Shown here: piece by piece, positions 18,512 through 29,228 of the stretch
Position numbering within the stretch: position 1 is the stretch's first letter
Layout: each line of letters starts with the position of its first letter
Assembly (NCBI GenBank): GCA_963708135.1
Contig: OY970192.1
Coordinates: forward strand, 2,080,001 to 2,144,000
Direction of reading: 5' to 3'
From: an uncultured Gemmatimonadales bacterium
GTDB lineage: Bacteria; Gemmatimonadota; Gemmatimonadetes; Longimicrobiales; RSA9
Length of the DNA stretch: 64,000 nt
Made by a program: the position numbers and the translations under genes
The notes under the pieces: model-generated
Databases searched by the model: none
What the model saw: only the letters and a program-made list of their open reading frames with translations
What the model was told of the DNA's origin: nothing

Positions 18512-19450
18512 TTATTTCAGCGCTGCGGTCACGTAGATCTGGGCCGTCGCCGTCAAGCCGTTGAGGCTCGCCCTGATGGTGGCCGATCCGGCGGAGAGCG
18601 CCTTGATGACTCCCGTCGCGCTGACCTTCGCCACGGCCGAGTTGGAGCTGCTCCACGTGGGGGTCGCGGTGGTGTAGACATAGTGACCCGAGGAGTCCAG
18701 CTCGATGGCCGATGCCTGACGGTACTGGCCGATCGCCAGAGTGGCGCTCGACGGGAAGACCGTCAGCGTGTACGAAGAGGATGACGTCGGGGCGGACGCG
18801 GTGATCGTGACCGCCGCCTTCGCCAACTTGCCGCCGGCCGCGGCCGTGATCGTGGCGCTGCCCGCCGCGATCCCCTTGACGACTCCGTTCGAGTAGACCC
18901 GGGCAACCGCCGAATTGGAGCTCGTCCAGGTGATGGTGTACCCGCTGAGCGGTGTGCCGGATGCATCCAGCGGGACGGCGGCGATCTGCTTCGACTGACC
19001 CACCGCCTCGCTCAACGAGGTCGGCGTGAGCTTGATCGACGCGACCGGCGCGGACGCCAGGACCGTCAGGGTCCCGTGCCCGCTATGGCCTCCCGCGGTG
19101 GCCGTGATCGTCGTCGTCCCGCTGCCCCGTCCGTACGCCACCCCCCGGTAGTTCACGGTGGCGGCCGCCGTGTTCGAGCTCGTCCACGTGATCGGCGGCG
19201 GCGACGTCATGACCTGGCCATAGCCGTTGAGAACCAGCGCGGAGAACTGGCGGTACTGGCCCTTGTCGATCGTGGCCGACGTCGGATAGACCGCGACCGC
19301 GACCACCATCGTCAACAGGTCCGCGTGCACGCGGGGATTGGGGACCGCGGAGGATTCGACCGCCGTAGGACTCTGATCGGCGCACGCGCCGGCGCTCGCC
19401 GCCAGCACGAGAAGCGTGACTACCATCCGTCGCCGGTTAGGACTCTTCAT
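18512..19450 (-). CDS. Lipoprotein with three Big_2 (Ig-like) repeats
   Basis: Lipobox-like ASAGAC; three ITWTSSN.AVA.V...G.V.G...G.ATITA repeats. Confidence 0.85.
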   Translation of the reverse strand: MKSPNRRRMVVTLLVLAASAGACADQSPTAVESSAVPNPRVHADLLTMVVAVAVYPTSATIDKGQYRQFSALVLNGYGQVMTSPPPITWTSSNTAAATVNYRGVAYGRGSGTTTITATAGGHSGHGTLTVLASAPVASIKLTPTSLSEAVGQSKQIAAVPLDASGTPLSGYTITWTSSNSAVARVYSNGVVKGIAAGSATITAAAGGKLAKAAVTITASAPTSSSSYTLTVFPSSATLAIGQYRQASAIELDSSGHYVYTTATPTWSSSNSAVAKVSATGVIKALSAGSATIRASLNGLTATAQIYVTAALK

Positions 19451-19906
19451 TTCGATTCTCCTGCTGGTGATCCGCGTCAATCGGGCGGACACGTCGGCTC
19501 GTCCGCCGCTGCCAGGCTGCCAGTGTGTCCCTGCTGCGCGAGATCCCGGCGACCGGGTGGATCCCACCCGCACGCCTTCGGCATTGGTCCGTCGGGTGCG
19601 CTGGACCGTTGCCGCCGCTGTCCGGAACGTAGGACTCTCACCTCGCGGGCAGGATCCGCCCGCGTTCCGGGGCCGTCGGCGGCTCTTGCCTGTACAGTCA
19701 CAATGTGGTGTGGCTCACCACCGCGGAACGATGGGTTGGACTGCGAGGCGCTGCTCGAATCCTGTGCTGCAGGGACGCCCTACTTTACCTGGCAGGATCC
19801 GGATGCGCAACCCCCGGACGGGAGCGCCGCGATGGCGCCCCCCCCCGGGGGGCTTGTCCCACCGGCTACGCGGCCCTCGGGCCGCGTGGCCGGCCATCTC
19901 GCGCCG

Positions 19907-20578
19907 TTACGCCGCGTCCTGGTTCCTCCGGCGCCGCCCGGCGAATCCCAGCAGACCGCTGAGACCGGTAGCGAGGAGGATCACCGACGCGGGTTCCGGG
20001 GTCGTCGTCGTCGCAGTAAAGAACCCCGTGATCTGCGTGGTGTTGTCCGGCGGCAGCGAGGTGTTGTTGGCGAGCACCGTCAGCGTCCCGCTTCCGCCCC
20101 CCGGGACCGCGCCCGTGAACGAACGGGTGAGGGTTCCCGTCGAGAATGCCAACTCGACCCCGCCCGTGGTCGGATCGGTCGAAGCCGTCCCATGGATGAG
20201 CGCATAGAACGTCACATCCGGTGAGGACACCGTGGGTGTGAGGAAGGTGAGCAGGAGCGTGAACGGCTCGTTCACCGCGAGTCCGCTCGCCGCGTTCAGC
20301 GTGATCTCCCCGAAGTCGCCGGTCGTTCCATTGATCGCCAGGTCGCCGTTCGAGGTCGTACCATTGAAGTCGACCGGGCTCAGACTCGTGTACTCGAGAG
20401 TCGCCCCGCTCGTGGTGGTGAAGACACCCGTGTTCTCCACCGGCGTGCAGCCAAGGGAGAAGCAGGCCAGGGCGTTCCCGACGATCAGGATGTCCTGCGC
20501 TCGGGCCGCGGTCGCGCTCGCGACTAGCGCGATCACCCCGAGCGCTACGGGTCTGGCGGTTCGTAAGAGTCCCCTCAT
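19907..20578 (-). CDS. PEP-CTERM sorting domain protein 1
   Basis: Signal peptide ..ATAARAQ; C-terminal TTTTPEPASVILLATGLSGLLGFAGRRRR. Confidence 0.93.
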   Translation of the reverse strand: MRGLLRTARPVALGVIALVASATAARAQDILIVGNALACFSLGCTPVENTGVFTTTSGATLEYTSLSPVDFNGTTSNGDLAINGTTGDFGEITLNAASGLAVNEPFTLLLTFLTPTVSSPDVTFYALIHGTASTDPTTGGVELAFSTGTLTRSFTGAVPGGGSGTLTVLANNTSLPPDNTTQITGFFTATTTTPEPASVILLATGLSGLLGFAGRRRRNQDAA

Positions 20579-21228
20579 ACCGTTCCTCCCTCCGCTGTAA
20601 ATTCGGGGCGGCGCTCCTGCCTCTCCCCGTGCTGTGCCTGCGGCGCGGCCAGAGGCGCAGGCTCCCTCTCGGTGTTCGCCGTCGGCGGTGCCGACGACGC
20701 CCGGCCGGTCTTGTGGATCAGCAACGTCTGCTGCCGGTCGCGCGCTCGCTGGCGCGTCCTCGCCCACCGGCGCGCCCAGCGGAACCCGACCACCGCTGTC
20801 GCGGTCGTCATGACGATATACGCCGCCAGAGCTCCGGCCGCTCTGAGGACGGAGAGATCGTAGGTGTGTCGCGCCCTCGGCACGACGCTCCGCCGCAGCT
20901 GTACCGCGTCCAGCGCGAAGCCGCCGGCGACTACGATCAGGGCGAGCGCGGCGATGGCCGACACGAGGACCAGCAGCTGGAAGCCGCGCCGATGCTCGAG
21001 CGTCAGCGTCAGGAACATCGCCAGCACCACGGCGAACACCGGCATTGCCAGATCGCCGCTCAGCAACCCGACCATGCCGACTCGCCACTGCACGCTGCCC
21101 AGGTGGACGGACAGGCCGGTGGAGAGCGCAAATTCCCAGAGCGGCACGACCATCAGAACCGCGCAGAGCAGGTACAGCGGCAGCGCGAGCACTCTGACGG
21201 GCCTGGGATCGCTGGCGAAGCTGGTCAC
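20575..21228 (-). CDS. Four-TM membrane protein, HpsJ-like (tentative)
   Basis: Four hydrophobic segments, LGSVQWRVG and FALDA motifs; stop overlaps PEP-CTERM start (ATGA). Confidence 0.7.
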   Translation of the reverse strand: MTSFASDPRPVRVLALPLYLLCAVLMVVPLWEFALSTGLSVHLGSVQWRVGMVGLLSGDLAMPVFAVVLAMFLTLTLEHRRGFQLLVLVSAIAALALIVVAGGFALDAVQLRRSVVPRARHTYDLSVLRAAGALAAYIVMTTATAVVGFRWARRWARTRQRARDRQQTLLIHKTGRASSAPPTANTEREPAPLAAPQAQHGERQERRPEFTAEGGTV

Positions 21229-21328
21229 TCGACACTCCCGACAAATAGAAACCCCGGCACCCCGCCGGCTTCGTCCGTGGGCGCCCGGACACGGGCCGTC
21301 TGTTCACGCGTACGCGTTGCCTCGCTCA

Positions 21329-21344
21329 AGCAACAGCCGTGCCT
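21329..21344 (-). promoter_or_regulatory. sigma54 (-24/-12) promoter
   Basis: Minus strand AGGCACGGCTGTTGCT (GG-N10-GC). Confidence 0.8.
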
Positions 21345-21497
21345 TGGCAGGCCCGGAATCGGAGCCTTGCTGGATGCACACGCGGCCAATGCCTTGCGTC
21401 GCGCCCCCGTCCGCTCGGGGGACCGCTCGGCCGTGGAGGTCTGGCCACGTGTGTTGTACCGGACCTACAGCAGAAATCGGCGTGCGCTGCTTCGTCG

Positions 21498-22127
<630 letters not shown>

Positions 22128-22131
<4 letters not shown>

Positions 22132-23144
22132 GGTCGGAGCAGCACCTTTCCGAAGTTCTTCCGGTCCTGGATGTAGAGGTGCGCATCCGCCGCGCGCTCG
22201 AACGGGAAGACCCGGTCGACCACCGGCCGGAAGACGCCGTCGCCGGCGAGATCGATGATCCGGGCGAGCTCCTCGCGGAGCACCTCGGCCCGGTCCCACA
22301 GGCGGCCGACGTTCAGGCCGATCACGCCGCGATTCTCGTTCATGAGCCGGACCGGCCGGAACGCCGGCATGCGCACGAGCCCGGAGACTGCGGCGAGCAG
22401 GCTGCGCCGCTTGCCCGGCGCCAGCGCGGAGACCCCGTACAGGAAGAGCCGGCCGAGCGGCGCCAGGCACGCGTAGCTGGTCCGAGGCGAGGCCCCGCCG
22501 ATGCCGTCCAGGGCGAGGTCCACGCCGTGCCCGCCGGTCTCGCGGCGCACCGCGGCGAGCACATCGCCGCCGCGGGAATCGATGCAGCAGGCGACGCCGA
22601 GCGCGCGTAGCCGCTCGTGCTTTTCCGGCCCCGCGGTGCCGATCACGCTCGCGCCCCGCCAGAGGCAGATCTGGAGCGCCGCCTGCCCGACACCTCCGGC
22701 GGCCGAGTGCACCAGCACGCGGTCGCCGGCACGAACGCAGCCGAGCCGCACGAGCATCAGCCAGGCGGTCAGGTAGTTGACGGGGAGCGCGGCCGCTTCC
22801 TCGGTGGAGAGCGCGTCCGGAATCGGGAAGGCGAGCTGCACGGGGATGACCACGGCGTCGGAGTAGCCGCCAAAGCGCGTGAACGCGGCCGCGCGCTGCC
22901 CCGGGACCAGCCCCTGCACGCCCGGACCGGTTGCCTCGACGGTCCCCGCCACCTCGTAGCCGACGACGGCAGGCAGGCGCGGCGCATCGGGGTAGAGACC
23001 CATGCGGGCCATGATGTCGGCGAAATTGACCCCGGCGGCGGCCACTCGGATGCGGACCTCGCCCGGACCCGGATCCGGGTCCGGCGCCTCCCGCACCTCC
23101 AGGACCTCGGGGCCGCCCCGGCGGCGGATCCAGACCTGCCTCAC
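22128..23144 (-). CDS. MDR-family NADPH:quinone oxidoreductase (VAT-1-like)
   Basis: GVNFADIMARMGLYP, GYEVAG, HSAAGGVG, RKNFGKVLL; GTG 23144. Confidence 0.9.
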
Positions 23145-23193
23145 GCCCGGATCGCGCCCGGTCGCGGCGGGACGGCCGGGTGCGTGGACGCCA

Positions 23194-23601
23194 TCAGCCG
23201 ACGGGCCACGGCTGCTGCTCCAGCTCCGCCACGAGCTCCTCGTTGGTGCGCCCGGCATAGAAGGTCATGTGGTCCACCGCCTCGAGCATGGCCGCGCGCA
23301 CCTGCTCGACTCTGCGCCGGGCGGCTTCCGGGTCGTGGCGGCGCTCCAGCGCGGCCGCGTTGAGCTGCCGGACCAGCACGACGAACTCCTCGACCGCGGC
23401 GCGGAGGCCCACGTAGCGCCGCTCATCGCGGAAGAGCGGGTCCGCGAGCTTCCAGACCCCTGCCTCGATGATCAGCAGCCCGATGACGACCACGGTGACC
23501 TGCAGCGGCAGGTCCCCCGCCAGTCCCAGCACGGCGGCCAGGACGACCACGATCCCGGCAATGGGCAGCCCGATGTCGAGCAGCTTCCGGATGCGTCTCA
23601 T
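23194..23601 (-). CDS. Hypothetical two-TM membrane protein
   Basis: Two hydrophobic helices then charged tail; GAGAGG RBS. Confidence 0.7.
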   Translation of the reverse strand: MRRIRKLLDIGLPIAGIVVVLAAVLGLAGDLPLQVTVVVIGLLIIEAGVWKLADPLFRDERRYVGLRAAVEEFVVLVRQLNAAALERRHDPEAARRRVEQVRAAMLEAVDHMTFYAGRTNEELVAELEQQPWPVG

Positions 23602-23708
23602 CGTCCTCTCCCGGCTGGCGATCGCAAGAGTTGCCGCCCCGGGTGACGGCCGTGGGCGGATGCGGTAAGATGGTGCGCCGGGTCGTGCGGCGGAAGGCCA
23701 ACGCCGCC

Positions 23709-25856
23709 TCAGCGCGTGGCAAGCGCCGCGATCAGGTCCGCCAGCGCCCGCACGTCCCCGAGATCCGCGACCTCCACCGGCGAGTGCGAGTACCGGCCGG
23801 GCCAGGACAGCGGGATGTCCACCGCGCCGCCGGCCAGCCAGACCGCCCCGTCGTTGCCGCCGTTCGTCATTCCGGCCTGGATCGGGATCCCTGCCGAGTG
23901 CGCGAGCCCCAGGACTCGGTCGGCATCCGCCTCGGGCGCCACGTTGGAGCTGTCGATCACCCGAACCACCGCGCCGGCGCCGAGCGGCTGGTCCGCGAAC
24001 CGCGGCGATTCCAATGGAGCGTCGGCGGAAACGAAGGTGTCGACCGCGTACACCCGGCTCACATCCGGCATCTCCGCCGCGAGCGCGCGCGAGCCGAACA
24101 GGCCGATCTCCTCCTCGACTACCCAGGCGAACGTCTCGGTCCCCTTCACCGCCGCGGGATCGAGCGCCCGGATGGCGAGAAGCTGCGCCGTGTCACCGAC
24201 CCGGTCATCGAAGGCGCGCGCGAGCACCCGGTGCGGCCCGATCCGGAACATCCGCTTGGGCATGGTCACCTGCTGGCCCACGCGCACGCCCAGGGTCTCC
24301 GTGGCGGAGGCGCTGGTCGTCCCCACATCCACCGTGAGAGGCGACTCCGGTTCCCGCCGCTCCGCGTCCCTCCAGCCTTCGCGGGGCTCGAAGACGCCGG
24401 GCACGGCCCCGCTCGGCGTCTGCACCAGCGCCGCCTGCGCCTCCCACAGCGAGGGATAGAAGCCGCCACGCCGGCCGAGCACCAGCCGGCCGTCCGGGCG
24501 GATGGAGTCGACCACGAAGCCGACCTCGTCCATGTGCGCGACGAACACCGTATGCGGAGGGCCGCTCCCCACAGTCACGTAGAGGTTGCCCTTCGCGTCC
24601 ACCTGCGGGTGGGCCCACGCCGGCAGCCGCGAGCGGATAGCCTCCCGCACCTGCGTCTCGTGGCCGCTCACGCCGTAGCCCTCGACGAGCGAGCCGAGGA
24701 TGCCCGCCGCCTCCGAATCCGCCGGCGCCGTGGCCGGCTCGACGAGCGCGACGGACTGCGAGAGCGGCGGGATCTTCGCCCGGGCGGAGGCCTTGCCGCC
24801 CGCAGCCATGAGAAAGACGTCCGCCAGACGTGCCACATCCGCCAGCGCGACCGTCTCGACGGGGGTATCAGCATACCTCGTGGGCAGGCCGATGTAGCCC
24901 ACGCGCGCGCCGCTCCAGGCCGGTCCGCCCGTGTACGCGGCCGGCGGCGGCGCAAGATGGGGAGCGGTCGTAACGCCCGTGAGCGTCGCCGCGGCACCGG
25001 CGGCGAGCGGGCCGCTCCCCGGCTCGGGCAGCGGGGCGGCCTTCAGGTCGCGTCCCGTGCCCGTCCAGCCGAAGCCGTCGCTCGCGAGCAGAGCCTCCTG
25101 AAACGGCCCGTGCGCGGCCACGACGTGCTCCAGCCCCTTCCGGCCCATGATCTCCCGGGTGGTCCAGGCGAACACGGCCGTCCCCCGCACGCCTCCCCCG
25201 GCCGCGCGCCGGGCGGCGTCCACGAGCGCCATGCAGGCCGCCTTCCGTGCGGCGGCGGGCGCCGCCACGAGTCCGCCTGCGAGCTCCGTCGGGCGGCGGA
25301 GCAGCGCCACCGGGTCGAGGATCCGGATCCCGAGCGCGCGGACGTCGGCGGCGCTACCCGCGCCCACATCCACATACGCGTCGTCGAGCGTGAAGGGTGG
25401 ATCGCCGCCCGCCCGGCTGCGGTGCAGATGGGTCGAGCGCACCCCCACCGCCGCGGGGACCGGCCCACGCCGTGTCACGATCTCGGCCGTCTGACCCTCC
25501 ACGAATTGATCAACGAGCGCCCCCCGCGGAGGGCGCCCGACGCGATCGAGGCGTAGATAGCCATCGTCCTGGATCCCAGAGACCACGTACCCGGCCTCGT
25601 CCATGGGGCAGGCCAGCAGCCGCCGCGGCATCCCGCTGCCGACGGTCAGCGTCAGGTCGCCAAGCGCATCGGTCCGTACGGGCAGCGCGCCCAGCCGCGC
25701 CCGCACGTAGCGCATCGCCCACCCCTCGCGGCCCGACACGGCAATCGTCCGGAGCAGTCCGTCCAGCTCCGCGGAGAGGCTCGGCGGCGCCGGGCGCGGC
25801 GGCAGGGGTGCGGCAGCGCCGAGCGCGACCAGAAGCAGCAGGCGGGCGAGATCCAT
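23709..25856 (-). CDS. Exported M42-family metallopeptidase with duplicated domain
   Basis: C-terminal copy AHMDEVG, FDDRVG, EEEIG, VDT, RYSHSPVE; N-terminal copy degenerate; signal peptide. Confidence 0.88.
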   Translation of the reverse strand: MDLARLLLLVALGAAAPLPPRPAPPSLSAELDGLLRTIAVSGREGWAMRYVRARLGALPVRTDALGDLTLTVGSGMPRRLLACPMDEAGYVVSGIQDDGYLRLDRVGRPPRGALVDQFVEGQTAEIVTRRGPVPAAVGVRSTHLHRSRAGGDPPFTLDDAYVDVGAGSAADVRALGIRILDPVALLRRPTELAGGLVAAPAAARKAACMALVDAARRAAGGGVRGTAVFAWTTREIMGRKGLEHVVAAHGPFQEALLASDGFGWTGTGRDLKAAPLPEPGSGPLAAGAAATLTGVTTAPHLAPPPAAYTGGPAWSGARVGYIGLPTRYADTPVETVALADVARLADVFLMAAGGKASARAKIPPLSQSVALVEPATAPADSEAAGILGSLVEGYGVSGHETQVREAIRSRLPAWAHPQVDAKGNLYVTVGSGPPHTVFVAHMDEVGFVVDSIRPDGRLVLGRRGGFYPSLWEAQAALVQTPSGAVPGVFEPREGWRDAERREPESPLTVDVGTTSASATETLGVRVGQQVTMPKRMFRIGPHRVLARAFDDRVGDTAQLLAIRALDPAAVKGTETFAWVVEEEIGLFGSRALAAEMPDVSRVYAVDTFVSADAPLESPRFADQPLGAGAVVRVIDSSNVAPEADADRVLGLAHSAGIPIQAGMTNGGNDGAVWLAGGAVDIPLSWPGRYSHSPVEVADLGDVRALADLIAALATR

Positions 25857-25858
25857 GG

Positions 25859-27655
25859 TCACCGTTCGGTCGGAGAGATAAAGGGGCGCCCCGAGGCGGG
25901 TGGGGCCGGTGAGGGTGTACGGCGCACCGCGGCGGTCCGCCCATCCCGGGGACCGCGACAGCCGCAGAGCACACGGACGTAGCGCACGAGCGCGCGGATC
26001 TGCACGGAATCGAGCGTCTGCCCGAACGCCGGCATCCCCGGGCTGCGACCGATCGAGGGCCCGCCGCCCGATATCGCGGCGAACAGCTGGGCATCGGTGC
26101 GCCTCGCCATGGTAGAGGAGTCGGCTTGATCGCCGGGTGGAACCGACAAGAAAGGCGCATCGAAGCCATGCCCCCGCCCGTCGATGCCGTGACAGGGTGC
26201 GCATGCGCGCCCGTACAGCTCCCGGACCCCCGTTCTCCGCGTTGGAACGAGGATCGGATTCCGCGTGAGATCGAGGTAACCCTGCGCTGCCGGCCCCGTG
26301 CGCTGCCGCAGCAGGACATCGCCCAGCACCGCGAGCTCCGCCGAATCGAGCGGGGAGCGCGGCATGTTGGACCAGGGAGCGAGATGCCGCGGATCAGCCA
26401 ACACGGCGCGCACGTACGCGCGCTGCAGGCGCGAGCGGACGTCCGAGAGGTCGGGTCCGATTCGGCCGCCGCGGCCGCCCAGTGCATGGCAGCCGAGGCA
26501 GGCGGCCCGGCGCGACAGGAGGCTGTCGGCCCGCGTCCTCCTGGCGCCGCTGAGTGACGCGCTGCCTTCCAGCTTCTCCGCGCCCTGCGCGACGCCGCCA
26601 TCCAGCCGCATCAGATACGCGGCCAGCGAGTCCGCATCGTCCTGTGACAGCCTGAAGTCAGGCATCCGGCTGCCCGAGCCCGGATAGGCACCATAGGGCC
26701 GGATCGCCGTCGGATGGAGAAGCCAGCCGCGCAGCCACTCGGAGCGCACTCGCGCGCCCTCCCCCGCGAGGTCGGGGCCGGCCCGCCACGCCTGCTGTGG
26801 CGACCGAAGGTGGCATCCGGCGCAGTCCAGCGCGGCGAAGATGCGCCCGCCCATCGTCGCATTCACGTCGGGGTTGGCGCGACGCGCGGCGGCGAGCGCA
26901 TCCTCCTGGGCCCTCGCCGTGTCCTTCTCCAGCCGGAAGATGTAGTCGACGAGCGCGGTGATCTGACGCGCCGGCTCGGCGACGTACGCGCGAAGGCCGG
27001 CGCCCTCCGGGCGATAGAAGAACGCCGGCATCGGGGATTGCGGATCGTAGCTTCGCGGCCAGGCCAGGAAACGCTCCATCCAGTCGTGCCGCAGCCGACG
27101 CCCCTGTCGCGACAGATCGAGCGCGAACGGGCCGCCCACGCCACGAAACAGGTGGCAGCCGGTGCAGTTGTGGCGGGCGAGGACCGTGGGTCCCGATGAG
27201 GCGTCGCCGGCGCCATTCACGGCGGCCGGCCAGCGCGGCGGCGGCGGGGAGATCCGCGTCTGGCGCTCGAGGTAGAGCGTGAGAGCCAGTGCCTCGCGGC
27301 TGCTCAGATGGAAATCGGGCATCCGGCTGCGCCCGATATGGCGGCGCACCCGGCCGGGGTCTCGCAGGTAGCGGAAGAGATAGCCCGGCTGGTACTTCAG
27401 GCCGGCGTAGATCAGGTCCGGCGCCCGCGTCGCCATCGCCCCGGACCAGGGAAGCCCCGTGTGGCACGCGGCGCACCCGAAGTCCCCAGCGAGGAGGGCG
27501 CCGGACGCAGGCCCGATGGTGAGATTTCGGGCCGCCGCCGTGTTGACCACGCCCGGCGGGGCCTTCTGAAACCGCATGTGCTGCTGCGCACGAGCCGGCC
27601 CGGCCCCTGCCGCGAGGAGCGCGGCGATCGCCGCCAGACTCCGACCGGCCTTCAT
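25859..27655 (-). CDS. Periplasmic pentaheme c-type cytochrome
   Basis: Signal peptide; CAACH, CTGCH, CAGCH, CLGCH, CAPCH each followed by an MP motif. Confidence 0.88.
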   Translation of the reverse strand: MKAGRSLAAIAALLAAGAGPARAQQHMRFQKAPPGVVNTAAARNLTIGPASGALLAGDFGCAACHTGLPWSGAMATRAPDLIYAGLKYQPGYLFRYLRDPGRVRRHIGRSRMPDFHLSSREALALTLYLERQTRISPPPPRWPAAVNGAGDASSGPTVLARHNCTGCHLFRGVGGPFALDLSRQGRRLRHDWMERFLAWPRSYDPQSPMPAFFYRPEGAGLRAYVAEPARQITALVDYIFRLEKDTARAQEDALAAARRANPDVNATMGGRIFAALDCAGCHLRSPQQAWRAGPDLAGEGARVRSEWLRGWLLHPTAIRPYGAYPGSGSRMPDFRLSQDDADSLAAYLMRLDGGVAQGAEKLEGSASLSGARRTRADSLLSRRAACLGCHALGGRGGRIGPDLSDVRSRLQRAYVRAVLADPRHLAPWSNMPRSPLDSAELAVLGDVLLRQRTGPAAQGYLDLTRNPILVPTRRTGVRELYGRACAPCHGIDGRGHGFDAPFLSVPPGDQADSSTMARRTDAQLFAAISGGGPSIGRSPGMPAFGQTLDSVQIRALVRYVRVLCGCRGPRDGRTAAVRRTPSPAPPASGRPFISPTER

Positions 27656-27674
27656 GGCCCCGGCCCCCTGCTCC

Positions 27675-29228
27675 CTAGCGCCTGGCCCCGAAATCGACGT
27701 ACCCCCGGTGCTCGTCCACCTCGAGCAGCTGCACGTCCACGCGGTCGCCGACGTCCAGACCCCGTTCTCCCCGGATGACGCGGCCCTCGACCGGCGGCTG
27801 CAGCAGGCGCACCCACGTTCCCTTCGGCGATGCGCCCGTGACGATCGCAGGGAACCACTCGCCGACGTGCTCGGCCATCAGGTGCGCCGCGGCGATCTTC
27901 CGCGCAAGCCGCTCGACCCTCTGCGCCGCGTCCTCCATCGCCGTGCAGCGCTCGGCGAGGGTCCTGAGCTCCAGGTCCGTGTAGGGCATGGGCCCGCCCG
28001 CGAGCACAGCCTTGACCAGCCGCTGCGTGAGCAGGTCGGCGTAACGCCGGTTGGGCGCCGTCGAATGCGTATAGTCCTCGACCGCGAGGCCGAAATGTCC
28101 CTCCAGGTCCTCGCCACGGCGCTCAAGCACGTACTCGCCGCGTCCCAGCAGCTTGACCACCGCGAGCGAGAGATCGGGGAACCGGAGCGGGTCCGCCCGC
28201 CGCTGCGCGCGCAGAAAGGCGGCCAGCGCCTCTCTGTCCGGCTCGGCCGGCAGATGGCCGCCGTGACCCGCCGCCAGCTCCACGATTCGCGCCCAGCGGC
28301 GCGGCTTGCGCACCATCCGCCGGATCCACGAGACATCGTGGGCCTCGAGGAACTCCGCGATGGCCGTGTTCGCGGCGATCATGAAGTCCTCGATCAGCTC
28401 GCTGGCCCGGGTCTTCGGGCGGACCTCGAGGTCGATGACGTGCCCATCGTCGAGGATCGGCCGCGCCTCGATCGTCTCGAGCTCCAGCGCGCCGCGGCTC
28501 TCGCGCTGCGCCCGCAACCGCTGCGCCGCCTCGTCCTGCAGGCGGAGCTGCTGGTCCAGCCCGGCGAGGGCAGCCGCCGCCGCGGGCAGCGGCCCCTGCC
28601 CCAGCAGCCAGGCGCCCAGACTCCCGTAATCCAGCTGTGCCCGGTTGTGCACCATCGCGCGGTACAGGCGCGCCGAGTGGCAGCTCCCGTCCTCGCAGAC
28701 CATGAATTCCGCCACCAGCCCGAGCCGATCCTCACCCGGATTCAGCAATGTGAGGCCCGTCGACAGCGCCTCCGGGAGCATGGGATAGACCGCGCCGCCG
28801 GCGTAGACCGATGTGGTGTTCGTCCCTGCGTGAACATCAATGGGAGACTCCTTCGGGACCAGCGCGTCCACGTCGGCCACGCCCACGCGAACGAGGATGT
28901 CTCCGCCCGGGCCTGCCTCCGCCACCTCGATCTGGTCCAGGTCCCGGCTCTCGCGGTTGTCGATCGATGACCACGGCAGCGCCCTCAGGTCCCGAACATC
29001 GCCCTCCCCGGCCACCGCCGGCCCCGTGCGCTCGAGCTCGGCCAGCTGCGCGCGCGCCGCCGCGCTCAGCTCGACCTCGAACCCCTTCTCCCGGAGCGCC
29101 GCGATCGTGGCCGCCTCCAGGTCCCGGCGCCCGATGAAGTGGGTAACCGGATGCCCGCTCCCCGCGTGCGCGCCAGCCGCCGAGCGCCGGCCCTTCCGGC
29201 GCCGGTGGTGGCGATCACCGCGGGGCAT
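27675..29228 (-). CDS. RNB-domain exoribonuclease (RNase II family) with C-terminal S1
   Basis: SIDNRESRDLDQ, LIEDFMIAAN, HFGLAVEDYTHSTAPNRRYADL. Confidence 0.92.
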   Translation of the reverse strand: MPRGDRHHRRRKGRRSAAGAHAGSGHPVTHFIGRRDLEAATIAALREKGFEVELSAAARAQLAELERTGPAVAGEGDVRDLRALPWSSIDNRESRDLDQIEVAEAGPGGDILVRVGVADVDALVPKESPIDVHAGTNTTSVYAGGAVYPMLPEALSTGLTLLNPGEDRLGLVAEFMVCEDGSCHSARLYRAMVHNRAQLDYGSLGAWLLGQGPLPAAAAALAGLDQQLRLQDEAAQRLRAQRESRGALELETIEARPILDDGHVIDLEVRPKTRASELIEDFMIAANTAIAEFLEAHDVSWIRRMVRKPRRWARIVELAAGHGGHLPAEPDREALAAFLRAQRRADPLRFPDLSLAVVKLLGRGEYVLERRGEDLEGHFGLAVEDYTHSTAPNRRYADLLTQRLVKAVLAGGPMPYTDLELRTLAERCTAMEDAAQRVERLARKIAAAHLMAEHVGEWFPAIVTGASPKGTWVRLLQPPVEGRVIRGERGLDVGDRVDVQLLEVDEHRGYVDFGARR

